DNA from: Asterionella formosa
Taxonomy: Eukaryota
Direction of reading: 5' to 3'
DNA length: 64,000 nt
Assembly (NCBI GenBank): GCA_002256025.1
Contig: NKIB01012851.1
Span: forward strand, 1-64,000
Below, piece by piece: positions 12,556 through 24,704 of this stretch; positions within the stretch are counted from its first letter, which is position 1; every line of letters starts with the position of its first letter. A program made the translations under genes and the position numbers. A model generated the notes under the pieces. That model was not told the origin of the DNA, made no database searches, and saw only the letters and a program-made list of their open reading frames with translations.

Positions 12556-14067
12556 TCAATAGATACAAAGAAACGAGAGAGCCATGGCCATAAATGGAAT
12601 CAAGAAGTAAACTGTTGCAGCGCTTGAGGTGATGGCATCAGTACCCGTAACAGTGGCTGTAAAGCGAACACCAAGTTGACATGTGATAGGAATATTGTCG
12701 GCATTTATGGTTGATGAGCCAATGTAGTATTTACCAGGTTTGTCCAAGGTCAGAGTAAAGGGACTTGCGAAGCGGTCACCAACAACATTGACGCTGGATA
12801 CATTACAGTTTTCAAGGGCGTCCTTTGAAGGAAAAAGAGCAACATTGTGAAAACCAACATATTTGAACACAAGAGTCGAGCCAACTTCTGTCTGGAGATC
12901 TGCAAACCCAGTAGCACCAGGCGGTGGATTGTTCCAGCCGTACGAACCTCCGACGAGAAAATCGTTGCTCCCTTCGCCCATTTCCACATGCTGAAGTAAG
13001 CCATCTACAACTGTCCCAAATGTCGAGTTCTGGCTAGCAGAGTCTAAAATGAGCTCGGCATTGAAGTGATTGCTGTCGCCATGGTATTTGTACCCAAGAA
13101 CAGTTTGAATCGTGTCCTGCTGTGGTAAGTCAGTTGGAGCTGTGGCATAACGAACACGGACGGTAGACCCATCGAAGGGAGCATAGCGGCTACGGCGCCA
13201 AATGAACGTATAAAACACGCCATCATTAGTAGTGCTGATCATCTCAAAGTCTCTGGTGGAAATGTTTTGAGGACGCATTCCCAAAGTTACCCCGGAAGTA
13301 CCAACCATAAAGTCTCCCCTTCCAAGTTCTGCATTGTAAGTACAGATCGTGCCGTTGCTCACGGCTTCGGCTTCTGCGGTACACTCCCAGACAGGATCAG
13401 TTATGCCAAGACTAAGAATATCATCTGTTGGTCCAAAATAGTTCAAGTAAAAGACTTCGGCAGTAATTGTCTCATTTCCAGAATTGACCATGAAACTGTA
13501 GCCAAGTGCTGCGTCTGGATCACCCGGCTGCACTTCAAAGTTGAAAAAGTGATAACCAAACCAGGTTGTGGAGATTGGAATTCGAGTCGTGATCTCAACG
13601 GAGTTTTGGGTGATGTTGAAGTCCGTGTATTCACCACTTGCTAACATGGGATCCACTCGAATCAAAAGAACGTCACCCTCCTCATTGGCAGTCTCACCGA
13701 TCGTCGGAGTTTGCGTGGATATGGTGACAGGTGCAGTAGTAGGGGTTGTGTTGTTTGTGGTGGAATTGTTGGTACTTCCACCATTTGTGCACAATCCACA
13801 GGACTTGGCGCAATACGTATTGATCGGCATCCCAAATGCAGTCGTACCGCAAGGGTACGAGGAGATCAATACAGCGCAATCCTGAATGGGGGATGGTGTC
13901 GAAGCGAGGGTGTCTTCACAGACTGTCGACGCGATGCGTCGAGGAGGCATTTTTAACACGTCTGCCAAAGGACAGGGCTGTATAGTGCTGCTTCGAACAG
14001 CCAGCACAACAACGTTAGAACACAAAAGGGTCAGTACAATTGTGGACAGGTCATGATTGAGACGCAT
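12556..14067 (-). CDS. Secreted, probably GPI-anchored protein with a ShK-like Cys domain, Thr-rich linker, DOMON-like domain and phytocyanin/cupredoxin-like domain
   Basis: Hydrophobic N- and C-termini; C...CAKSCGLC; WFGYHF...FIWRR...YHG; VGGSYGW...VGSTLVFKY..FHNV...C...TLDKPGKYY...CQLG. Confidence 0.65.
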   Translation of the reverse strand: MRLNHDLSTIVLTLLCSNVVVLAVRSSTIQPCPLADVLKMPPRRIASTVCEDTLASTPSPIQDCAVLISSYPCGTTAFGMPINTYCAKSCGLCTNGGSTNNSTTNNTTPTTAPVTISTQTPTIGETANEEGDVLLIRVDPMLASGEYTDFNITQNSVEITTRIPISTTWFGYHFFNFEVQPGDPDAALGYSFMVNSGNETITAEVFYLNYFGPTDDILSLGITDPVWECTAEAEAVSNGTICTYNAELGRGDFMVGTSGVTLGMRPQNISTRDFEMISTTNDGVFYTFIWRRSRYAPFDGSTVRVRYATAPTDLPQQDTIQTVLGYKYHGDSNHFNAELILDSASQNSTFGTVVDGLLQHVEMGEGSNDFLVGGSYGWNNPPPGATGFADLQTEVGSTLVFKYVGFHNVALFPSKDALENCNVSSVNVVGDRFASPFTLTLDKPGKYYIGSSTINADNIPITCQLGVRFTATVTGTDAITSSAATVYFLIPFMAMALSFLCIY

Positions 14068-14687
14068 GATGGACGGGAAAATAGAAGGACAAATACGAAA
14101 TGTGCTGCAGAATTAGGATTTATGTGGAATATAATAGAAAAGGGGAAAACTATGATGTATCCTGAACTGATTAATCTTGTGAAATGTGAGAATGTCGAAA
14201 GCGAGAATTCTTTAGCAAGAGCAAAGAGCAAAACGATGAATAAAACGACACGACCAGATGATACTGGTATGTCATTTCAGTCGTTCGTCGTCGTCATCCT
14301 TTCATATGATCATACGTAATCATACGAGTACATACGCATGATTCTGACCATCAACGTTGGTCCTTTATAAATATATACCGGTATGAATAATTGCTGTACA
14401 TATGTACCACTGCCAATACCACCATCGGTGACGCAATTAAATACACCACTACCGGTACGTCATGTTATGCTCATCACATGCATCAGGCGGAGGATTGTAC
14501 GTATGTTTTGGTGGAGGTGGACCATACATGTAACTCCGCACCAGGACACGACGAGCATGAGATTCGCTCGACTTTCAGTCCATCGTCAATTTGCAATAAA
14601 TTGTGAGCCGTTATACTACCAGTGCCATTAGCAGACGAGTTGATGCTCCAATGCATGCTAATGATAACTTAACAAATGTATGAGTAT

Positions 14688-15711
14688 TCATCCTCGTCCT
14701 CTTGTAATTAGTTTTCTAGTCATGATCATCCCTGCTCCAGATAATCCAAACCAGGTTGCCGCATATCCAGCATGAATGATGGGAGTTGTTTTGAATTCTC
14801 CAACAGTTTCTAAAGCAGGCTTGACTGGCCAACGAATCGTGTCTGATTCTGTTGTTCGTACCTCCGTTAAAAATAAACCTGTTCCTTCCTCAATTCCAGA
14901 AACATGTTCCATGCTAGCTTGGTCTATCCAAAACATTTGCATCGGTTGTTTATCTAACTCATGATCTGCCTTTATGAAACGTGGCTCTGTGTTTGTGTAT
15001 TGTCTTGGAGTCAGAATCTTTGATCATTAGAGATTTTTCTTCATCTTTTCAAAAGTGAAACTTACGTTCTCCCTTGCTGGGAATACCAACCACATCAACA
15101 TAGCCAGTTGGTTTCTCCCAAGATTGCTGCTTCTCATTCTTTAAAAAGTGTCTTGGTATCCATCCCCGGTTGACAAACACTTTGGTACCCAAAGTTGTTT
15201 CTAAAGGCGTAATAATGTAATATCCCTGTCATTGCAGACATGATATTGATTGAAATTTGTGAGAAAAATATCAAAAGGCACAACCACTATTCAACCTGGA
15301 ACATTCATGTGCGTTCCCAATACTGCTAATGACAAACTTGAGCACACATATATATCTACACACACTCACCTGTGGACTGCTTGACATTCCTCCACCACTC
15401 CTACCAGATGATGGTCCCGTTGATGCCATGGCGCCTGGTGGCGGCCCTCGTGGCCCTACCAAAATTTCCTTGTCGTGCTGATACACTCCGTGAACAAGCT
15501 GTCGTCGAAGTCCACGATCATCAGGACTCCTGCCTGTTGTAGAGGAGAATGGAATTGGTTCCAGTTCCAAGTCCTCCTTTCGTTGTTTGATCATGGTTTC
15601 CTTTTCGAAAAACCGTTGCGTTTGCCAACATCCCAAACCAAAAGTACCAACACAAAGACCTCCAAAGAACAGTTTCCCTCCAAGGTTTAATCCAGTTGTT
15701 GTTGCTGCCAT
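14688..15711 (-). CDS. SURF1: SURF1/Shy1 cytochrome c oxidase assembly protein; exons 15711-15370, 15225-15066, 14986-14688
   Basis: TFGLGCWQTQR, GYYIITPL, VNRGWIP, HAGYAATWFGLS; two GT-AG introns. Confidence 0.9.
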
Positions 15712-16502
15712 TGCAATGCTTTGGGCTCTCTGTCCCTACCGGTAGTATTGCACTATGTACTTCCACGAATGATTGGACCGGAGTTAAGGATCACGATACA
15801 GGTATCATCAATCAAATGTCCCGGTAGAGCGTAAATGAGTCAGCAATATTATCATACAATGACAAATCTCATGCACAAACTGGACGCCTCGAAGTGTGCG
15901 TATTAAAAGTGAGCATACGGTACACTGGTACATCGCATTATATCGTTCAATATTTATGGATTCGTAGAGAGAAAATATTACGTACCACACTCCCTCGTTG
16001 CAAATGATCGCTATAATCCATAAACGGATAGAAGAATACGGTAGATTGTTATCCATGCTCTATCTCTATACCGGAATATGTTATCATGTACCGTACACGT
16101 GAAGGGATGACTACTTCTGATATAGAAAATACTAACCTATATAATAAGAAATCACACATCAATTAGGAATATGACAAAGAATTATACAAAGGGACAAAAT
16201 AGTGAGGAAATTTTGGGTCCGTATTCAGGTACAGTATTCTATTAACTAGAAATTCATGAAACAATACCGGTAATCATGCAAGGAGGGAAAAAAAACCATT
16301 ATAAAACCAAATAGTATTATACATTCGATCTTTTAATGCATTGCTTTCCAATACAAACACACTATTCATTTCTCACAGGACAGCGGAGCAAAGCAACTAT
16401 AACTTGTATCGAAACCTGTTTAATATTCACGTGTTTTGTTGAGCAAGACCATAGAGTCACGTAAGGAGCAGTCCCTCAATCGTGGTGACCACCTCTCGTC
16501 TT

Positions 16503-17727
16503 CTAACTGCCTTTCGATTTACTCTTTTGGGCAGCGGAAGGTCCAATGATATCAGGCAGGGCATCATAGAACAATTCAATGAACGCTGTGGATGAAAGCT
16601 TGGAACTGACTGGATTCAGTTTCGAACCCCTCACTTTCTTTGTCGACTTGAAAGTTGTGGCTTTTTTGGTTCCAAACATAGCTGCACGTTCGCGTTGATT
16701 GGGCGTTCCGTGAGAGCCAGTATTCTCAGTTGCGTTGAAAAAAACAATCACCAATGACGAATGCGTCTTGCAATAATTCATGTACCATGCTTGTATTGAA
16801 ATTTCCTCCTTTGGGATGAGCCAGAAAGTAACCAGCGAAGGCATCTGCCATAAGTTCCATCTCACGAACATCAAAAGGATTGCTTTCAATTAAGGTAGCA
16901 TTGATTCCCAAAAGGTCGCGTTCGAATTGAATATGATGACCAAATTCATGAGCATAGACATATCCTGGTGTGGTTTCCCCGTATCCAAGAATGTCAAAGA
17001 CTTCCAAAATACCTTCACCAATGACAATGCGATCCAGAAGTTCCTCACATTTGCCGAGACCTTGGTCATCAATTGAGTCATCATCGAATTGATATTCCTT
17101 CGGTGATGCGGCAAACGCGTTAAAGGTCAACAAAGGATGATCGAAACCGATGGTAGTGTTGATGAGGCTATGAACAAATAAAACCGAATCCTGCGGTGAT
17201 TCAAACTCAAGGTCTGAGTAGATTTCAGTGAGTACATCAAGGTCATCAAGTTGTCGTCCGTGCATTCCCAAAAGTAGGATATCAGAAGAAGGAATGTCCC
17301 AGAAGGCCTTTGCGTCACGATGTAGGGTTTAAAATTCATTGGTACGACTCCCATCACGGTAGAAATACTCATCCAGATCACTTGTCTTTCGAAAATGGAC
17401 TCCATAGTAAGTTGCCAATTCAAAGACTTGGTAATCGTCGAACAAGGAAAGTGTTTCATTACCAATGACTTCAAGCTCTCGCATAAACCAGTCGTCTAAA
17501 GGTGTGGAAGGGCATGGCTCATCTTCCTTTCGAGCGGGCGAGAGAAATTGAGCTTTACGTTCTTTGAATCGTTCATTGTATTCATCAGGGGAGATTTTCC
17601 AATGCTCGTTTAGGAGATTGTTCATTGTATCTGCATGATTGTTGAGCAGCTGTGATGGAGTACCATGAACCAACATAGAAGGAAAAAGTATAGAGCCAAT
17701 CGCTGGAAGAATGATATAAATCTTCAT
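16503..17727 (-). pseudogene. Secreted neutral zinc metallopeptidase of bacterial type, disrupted
   Basis: Signal peptide, AHEFGHHIQ (HExxH), ELMADAFAGY, SHGTPNQR; in-frame TAA at 17329-17331 and a +1 frameshift in the homopolymer at 16738-16744. Confidence 0.75.
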
Positions 17728-18299
17728 CTTTCTTGTTATATTTTACTTTTTACAATCTCACTTTTTGTGAGGAGCACATCGAAAAAGAAAAAAATTCCAA
17801 GGATCCTTCTATTAGCGCGACAGTTAAAACTGGTACCTGGTACCAGTACTCTCCCTTGTACCAGGTACCAAGAGTCAAGTGAAAACTCATTCTTACAAGG
17901 CACAATTTCTTAAACGTCGTGGGTGTGAAATGCTGGGTATCTAATACTCTGAGCATTTCACATACAACTCATGACTGAAATCCTCGATGTGGCATTATCT
18001 GATTTTCTGGCTCCTTCTCCATCAGCCGCTTGATGGCTGGAATCATGCTCAGAGTGAGAACATCCAGCCATGTCAAAGTGGTACTACGGTAGTCTTTCTG
18101 GAACATACTCCTAGTACCAGGGTACCTGGTACCAGGGACATCCGGAAAACGTGCTTGAAACCTTTAACGGCAATCATTTTGGGGGTTAAATATTATTAGC
18201 TAATTATTCAGAACTAAATATATACATATTAAAAGCGCGTCGTGCAAGAGCTGGCATGCTTCCGCGGAGCTTGGCTTGTGCTCGTGACCTTGGCTCCTC

Positions 18300-18456
18300 A
18301 AGTTAAAAGTAAATGAGCATTTGGTGCCTAAGATTAAAAGTAAATAAGCATTTGGTGCTTCAGTTAAAAGTAAATAAGCGTTTGGTGCTTAAGTTGAAAG
18401 TAAATAAGCGTTTGGTGGTTACGTTGAAAGTAAATACCAGTAAGCGTTTGGTGCTT
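18300..18456 (+). repeat. Minisatellite, five units of about 30 bp
   Basis: Consensus AAGTT(A/G)AAAGTAAATAAGCGTTTGGTGCTT; the fifth unit has a CCAGTA insertion. Confidence 0.9.
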
Positions 18457-18502
18457 TGCTTTTTGAGTTAATTAAAAGTAAATTATTAGACCACCGAATT
18501 AA

Positions 18503-19347
18503 GGTTGCGGCCCTGCAGTTACACATTGCGAGGAGGTCCGTCTTTTCCCAAAATAATTATATGATGTACCTTAATCCATACATTACGTAGAAGTAAATAA
18601 AATAGTTAAAGGTAAAATTAGCTTTCACCAATACGACCACTTTGCACATGCTTAGATACAGTCATGGGTCGACTTAGAGGTATGTTCTATCTTCGGATAT
18701 TGTAAGGACCTGATTTCTGGAAAGAAACTGCAGTTATGTATCGTAGAATCGTAACTATCGCAAAAATAGTCCAAAAAAGGGCTACGAAGCTATTCTAAAA
18801 ATCTCCAATATATAACTGCAGTTTCTCTCCAGAAGTCAACTCCTGACGTTATAGGGTACACGGCTATCTACTTTAATCTTGATGAAACCCCGCAGATGTA
18901 GAGCAATCCTCCTCCAAAAAGTCGACCCAATCGGCTTTTTCAACAGTCGCCAAACTGCTTAAGTTTAAGCAAGATTGACGTACCAGGTACCAGGTAGCAG
19001 GATGGAGGGGTTAGGGTTAGGGTTAGCCAACGATGGTGTACCACCGAAATACTCCTGGAATCCTAAATGGTCTTGTCAGCCAATCAACTGTGACATAGGA
19101 CGACAAAAATATAGTAATTAAAAATGCAAAATAATTTTATAGTTTTATTAGACTACCGGGACTTTTCTCAAAACGGGATGAAACAGGAAAAACTTTTTGT
19201 AAATTCAACTGCCCATTGGCATTTGCACCACGATACTTAGAGTAGCCTGAATTGCACCAGACTATATCTAATCCGTGCTACTAGTCTATATTAATATTCA
19301 TAACTATGTAGGAATACATGTGATCTTCAAAATTACAGCCCGCCACT
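18503..19347. mobile_element. Decayed TIR element related to the 47542-48738 family
   Basis: TTAA|GGTTGCGG left end; possible degenerate right end near 19330-19347; internal inverted repeat GAAACTGCAG...CTGCAGTTTC followed by TCCTGACG...CTACTTT as at 48.5 kb. Confidence 0.5.
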
Positions 19348-19359
19348 ATTTGTTGAATA

Positions 19360-20470
19360 ATTTGTTAACTTAACTTGCCAATTTCGCATCTATATACTTA
19401 AAATTGTCAGAATGAGTAAGAAGAACACGCAGTGAGAATAAAACAAAGCTTGCCAATCTACCTCGGGATGTCTTGTATGCCAAGGATATACCAGCAGATG
19501 TTGAAGATAAGAATGCTTTGGACAAACTGAAAAAGACATCTGTTGACTGACGTTTGGCTAGTATGCCACTCATCAACCAGGGCTCCAGTGATACCTTGGC
19601 TCAAGTTTGGTACGGATGGGGGAAACAGGCGGGTTGGTTGTTGTTTGCTTCTGTGTGCAGATTCGTGGTATTTGTCATTTGAATTTCCCGATGGAGCAAC
19701 AAGCTGTATTTCAATGGACCCCAACCTTGTTCAGCAACCGCATGATCTTTTACAACCCTGTATTGCTATGAAGCCTCAGCGATTGCTCGTGCAATACGTT
19801 GTTGATTATCTTGCTTTGGTGTTGCCCTTTGGAAGCCCGTAAAGGGTGGCATAATTGTTGTCAGTTTCACGAACATTCACCACATCTTCACAGGTATTCT
19901 CGTTCTTTCTCTTCATTATTTCTCACCCTTCTGTCTTCATTATTTGCTTCTTGATTTTTCTTCTTCATTATTTCTCACCCTTGCAACGCATACTTGCACC
20001 ATCAATACTAATGAGTGGAATGTATCAACTGGTACTTGGATATTAAGACTTGAATTTGCAGTCAGGGTAGAAATTTTTGATAAGGTATGTCCTGCCAGCG
20101 ACTGTGAATCATTTACTATCATAGTAGCAAGTACTTGAACTAGTGAATTAGTTGACTTTCCCGCATAATAAAGCTTCTGCAAATGGTACTGGACCATAGC
20201 TTCTCTTATCCAAGTCAGTGTAGCCACCTTAGATGCAACAATATTCGAAATTGCACCATATGGTAGTTTGCCATTGGTTTTTGCATTTAAAGTTTCTAAT
20301 TCCATAACAACATTGTTTTAAATAAGCAGCAATACAGTCTTGGCCAAAGAAGTAGTTATCAACTTGAACTTTTTGGATGGTTGAGGCTATTTTCTTGCTG
20401 CAGGTTTCATCGTTGTTGATGAGATGATTGAAAATTGCTTCGCTCATTTTGTGGTGTGTCGAAAGCAATT
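19360..20470 (-). pseudogene. Heavily degraded transposase-like N-terminal region (pogo/DDE-1-like, tentative)
   Basis: Fragments NGKLPYGAISNIV and GLPKGNT broken by stops and frameshifts; CpG-poor. Confidence 0.35.
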
Positions 20471-20618
20471 TCTGATGTAAAGTACGGTCTCTGACGTATA
20501 AATATGGACCGATTTTTTGGCACTTAAGTTTTTTTAATCATTTACTAAGAGTGACTAATTCATTCATTTATTGCTACTATAGTAGATTGTCCGTGGCGGT
20601 TAAATGCAACAAAAAGTT

Positions 20619-20977
20619 AGTATGTTTTATAACCCATTCGTACTCCCGTCTTTCAAGGCAAATATTTCATTGTGCTACCTACCGACAAGACCTGCTGTGC
20701 TTCCCTAGTTTTTTTAGCGTAGGTGAGTCCCCAACCACCTTTCGCGAAAGTTGATCGTCTCAGCCGCAGCATTAGGGAAAACTCCGACCGCCTAGGAAGC
20801 CGGCACAAGCTGCTTGTAGGGGGGCAACCCACTATTTCTTGCACACCAGGCAAGACCGTGCGGGACGGTAAGGAGTGTGGGAGTCGAACCCAACAATTGC
20901 TTCTCAAAAAAATTGCGGGAATCGAACCTCACACCTCAGATCAAAGGCAACGTGCTTACCCAAAAAAGCCATTCTCT
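20619..20977 (-). mobile_element. tRNA-derived SINE, copy B
   Basis: B box GGTTCGATTCC, second B box GGTTCGACTCC (20880-20890), shared body and tail; A box degenerate. Confidence 0.8.
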
Positions 20978-21389
20978 GGTGGTTAAACGCAATTAAATAT
21001 ATATTAGATATCAAGTTTTCTTCAGAAATGAATGTGTATTTCCGGGAGATGCCAGCTCAATGTTATAATATTGTTTTGCCACTTTGGGCCGATCGCTAAT
21101 TTCCGCCACATTTATCTGATTATCTAAAACACAAGACCTAGTCGACAACAATATCTGTTGTATCCGGCGCAAGATCAGAAACAATTCTGTTGTAGCCAAA
21201 AATAGTCATAACTGGAAAATTAGAAAAAATCTATGTATACACAGCTAATAATATATCCTTTAGTGGCTCAAAACCATTTTAAACTGGAAGGTCAGGTAAA
21301 ACACGTTTTTTACTTCGGGAAAGATTAAACTAAATATATCGATTACCGGATCTTCCTGGTACACAAGGTAGCCCTCACTAGCGCAAACT

Positions 21390-21620
21390 TCTAATTATTT
21401 TTCCCATAAGTAATGTGATTCTTTTCTACAGCGCCCTTTTTAAACACCACAGCGTTGAGTCATTGTGATTGGCTGGAGATTCCTGCATCATGTTGTTTCA
21501 GCCTTGACCTTGGAGAAAATAGCGGAAATCTGTACAAAAATTAGTTTAGAATGATGATGCTTTCCTGAATGATACGTATATCAAGCACCTTATAAAAAGT
21601 AAAGTCGTAAAAGAATAATT
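21390..21620. repeat. Dispersed repeat homologous to about 49650-49870
   Basis: GTC.TTGTGAT.GGCTGGAG..TCCTGCATCATGT.G..TCAGCCT.GACC...AAATAG.GGAAATCT is shared. Confidence 0.7.
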
Positions 21621-21644
21621 TAAAAAACTTATATTGGCTACAAA

Positions 21645-22028
21645 ATATAATCTGTTTTATAGCCCATTCCTACTCCCCCTTTTCAAGGCAAGTATTCATT
21701 ATGCTACCTGCCAACAAGACCTGTGCTTCCCTAGTTTTGTTAGCGTAAGTGAGTCCCCAACCACCTTTCGCGAAAGGTGACCGTCTTAGCCGCATCGTTA
21801 CTAGGGGAAATTCCAACCGCCTAGCAAGGTGGCACAAGCTGATTGTAGGGGGGGGGGGGCAAACCCACTATTTCTTGCACACCAGGCATGACCATGCGGG
21901 ACAGTACGGAGCGTGCGAGTTGAAACCAAAAAATTGATTCTTAAAAAAATTGCAAGTATCAAAGTATACAACTTAGATCAAAGGCAACGTGCTAAAGCAA
22001 CTACCCCTGGTACAGTAAGCCACTCCCT
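21645..22028 (-). mobile_element. tRNA-derived SINE, copy C (degenerate head)
   Basis: Same body and tail as copies A, B and D; 14-bp insertion within the A-box region. Confidence 0.8.
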
Positions 22029-22900
22029 TCTACTATTGACAACAAAAATTTGAAGTTGCCAATGGTGCTTTTTTCATGCAGTAATGTAGAAATGCACAAT
22101 TCAAGATGACGAATTTTCGAACAGATCTGATACTTTCACAATAGCTGGAAAACGAATAAAATATAACAACAATAACAAGAAAATGATTAAATGATGAAGC
22201 AAATAGGTGAAAAAGTCGAATATCAACTTAGATTTGATTCTTAATGGTTTTGGCAATTTGTGTAGTCGTGAATGCAGGTATCCGCACTTACAAATGTGAA
22301 GTATGTCAGAACCAGCGACTTTGATTGCGACTGCTCCTTCTCTTTGACGTTTCTACTCATCATCGCAATAATGAGGACATCAGTAGTCGAAGAAACAGAT
22401 GAACGGAAGAACTACAAGACGAGAAAAGCAAGAATTAATTAGTGCCGTGGTGATTGGCATTAGCAAGGCAAATATTGCGCAAAAAGGAGAGTTCATATAG
22501 TTATAGGAAATGGCTAAGAAATTTTTCATTAAGAAAAACTTGAACAGAGGGCATAAAAACCGCCTGTTCTGAGAGCCAATGTGGTAAAGAGTGGACTGCA
22601 GAGTTCTGAAGACATCAGCAGTGCGTAGGTTCAGGGTCGGCTATGAGAAGGAGCTCCAAACACTTTTGAGCACTTTCTGAACATGATGCGTCCCCTCTAA
22701 GATGTTGCGAAGCCACTGCCAAGACACACAACAAATTTGTCTGTTCCAATTGCTGTGATTGTTTTCAAAATTTCATGAGCATTTGGTGTTGTGGTTTGTG
22801 GTGAACCATACTTTTCTATGCACAGCTCAGGTGAACAGGAACAGATTAGGCAACATAAATAACCATGAATATATTTTACTTTATAGTTACTTAATAAATA

Positions 22901-23900
22901 TTAAGAGATCTTGTGAGCAAACTTACTGGTTTTACGAAATTCGTCATGATTATCTTCAAGAACAAGTAGTTGAACTCGATTCCACCATTTGCTTTGTTTA
23001 CCAGCAGTTTTTTCATTCAAGTTATTGTGTGTTGTAGGAACATGCAATTCCAGGCAGTCACCTTGCACTGTATGAGCAACATGATGCTTTGTGTCAGAAC
23101 CTACAAATTCAAAGTCACGATCACTGTCTAATAGTATATTGTGGAGCATACAGCATGATGTTAACACATTTTCGATGTGATCTGATCGATTCAGATTGTT
23201 CCAGTTTTTAAGGAAGAGCCATTGCCCTTTTAATATGCCGAAATTATATTCAATAACTTTTCTAACAGATCCACCGCCCATCATACCCCATGCGCATTCT
23301 TTTCCATCATGTTCATTGCCATATTTTGTTGGACAAATCAACACTGGCCATTGCAGGTACCCTCCATCACATATGAAATAGTAGCTTTTACATGTAAAAG
23401 ATGAATCTGCAGTGAGCACATTCCACTCTTGCCTGCCCAAAAATAATTCCTATCATGTAGATTGGAAAAAGCAGGATCAAACTTGACTATGTGTTTGTTG
23501 TTCCTTGTTCCTGGGTGTAGGTAGCTGATGGCATGATCAATCATATTCTTTTTAATTCATGAAAGCAAATGTATCTTCTAGCTAAAAGCTTGTCATTGCA
23601 AATTGGAAATGCTATGCTAATGCAGCCATGTATGGCTGTTGAGTTAGCATTGATGTTTAAGGGAATGAAATAATGTGCAGTATGGTTGTGATCCAGCATG
23701 TGCCTCATGCAGCAAGTGACTCCTGTATATAGCCTCTCTACCATATGAGTACCTAACAGCAAAATTGTAGCTCTTGCCTGCCTAATGGGAATGTCATTTC
23801 ATAGTTTCTGGCACTTCATCATAGAAGCCAGATTAGCACCAGCATCCAGCAGTAGCCAATGTTGTTTCATTGATCCATTATGCAACTGTGTAGTTGCAAA
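22901..23900 (-). pseudogene. PIF/Harbinger (DDE_Tnp_4-type) transposase pseudogene
   Basis: HPGTRNNK, CDGGYLQWPVLICP, SVRKVIEYNFGILKGQW, CCMLHNILL; frameshifts and stops. Confidence 0.85.
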
Positions 23901-24238
23901 CAATCAACGAACTAGAATTTAAAATAGATTAGCATTGATCCAAATGGACGATGCATTAAAGGACCTTGAATACTCAACGTGAACAATAACCAGTAATTGT
24001 GAGGTGCTTTTGCTCCTGTCCTTCACTTTCTGGACACCCGAAAATGTACATAATATATGTTATTCATTGTTCTAGAAAATCATGAATTGGGGCAGGATGT
24101 TGAAAACAGTGATTATGGGATCAATGTCTTGTTTTCAGCTTCGAATTTAAGACCAAACTTCTGATCTATAATTTCTAATTTCGGCACATGAACATGAACA
24201 GCATGTTCATTGGAGTTGATACAGTCAGGAAAAAGTTA

Positions 24239-24704
24239 TTACATGATTGAACATGCGCTATTCCCTGAACCTCCTCGTCGTTCAGAAATCTTGGCTTTTA
24301 GCTCTTGTATTATAGAGTCGAAGGATTTTGCAAACTTCGTTCTGTTTTCCAGTTTGTTGTAGTTCTGATCATGAACAAGTTTGTTACGGACTGTTGGCGT
24401 GCATTGGTGGCAAAATGAGAAAGTATTAATAGGTGGTGCTCGTAAGGACACCCCAATATATTTATATAATGGTGATTGTAGTCTACTCACCAGTCACTAA
24501 ATACCTCATTTGCTGGACAGCAGATGGACTCAGTCCAAATCTTTGTTCCGCATGTGAGATCTTGTCGTGCAATCCAACAGTTTTTCCTGATGGTGCTCCA
24601 AATTCACTCTCTAACAAAAATTCCAAATCCTTTGTAGCCCGAATGACCAATTCAAAGTCGTTGTCGTATATGCTATAGGATGTAGTAGAGTGAGAGGATC
24701 CCAT
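24239..24704 (-). CDS. 121-aa HEPN/DUF4145-like protein with N-myristoylation motif and C-terminal CaaX; exons 24704-24491 and 24390-24239
   Basis: A GTGAG...CAG intron joins two ORFs in frame (366 nt); MGSSHS start, RNKLVH (Rx4H), CSIM-stop end. Confidence 0.75.

Noticed and set aside
18300..18456. CRISPR-like 30-bp repeats
   Set aside because: Units are directly adjacent with no unique spacers, there are no cas genes, and the context is eukaryotic
19008..19026. True telomere or chromosome end
   Set aside because: Only three units, embedded in internal sequence
20700..20800. Hammerhead ribozyme in the SINE body
   Set aside because: No conserved CUGANGA core across copies; only a simple palindrome
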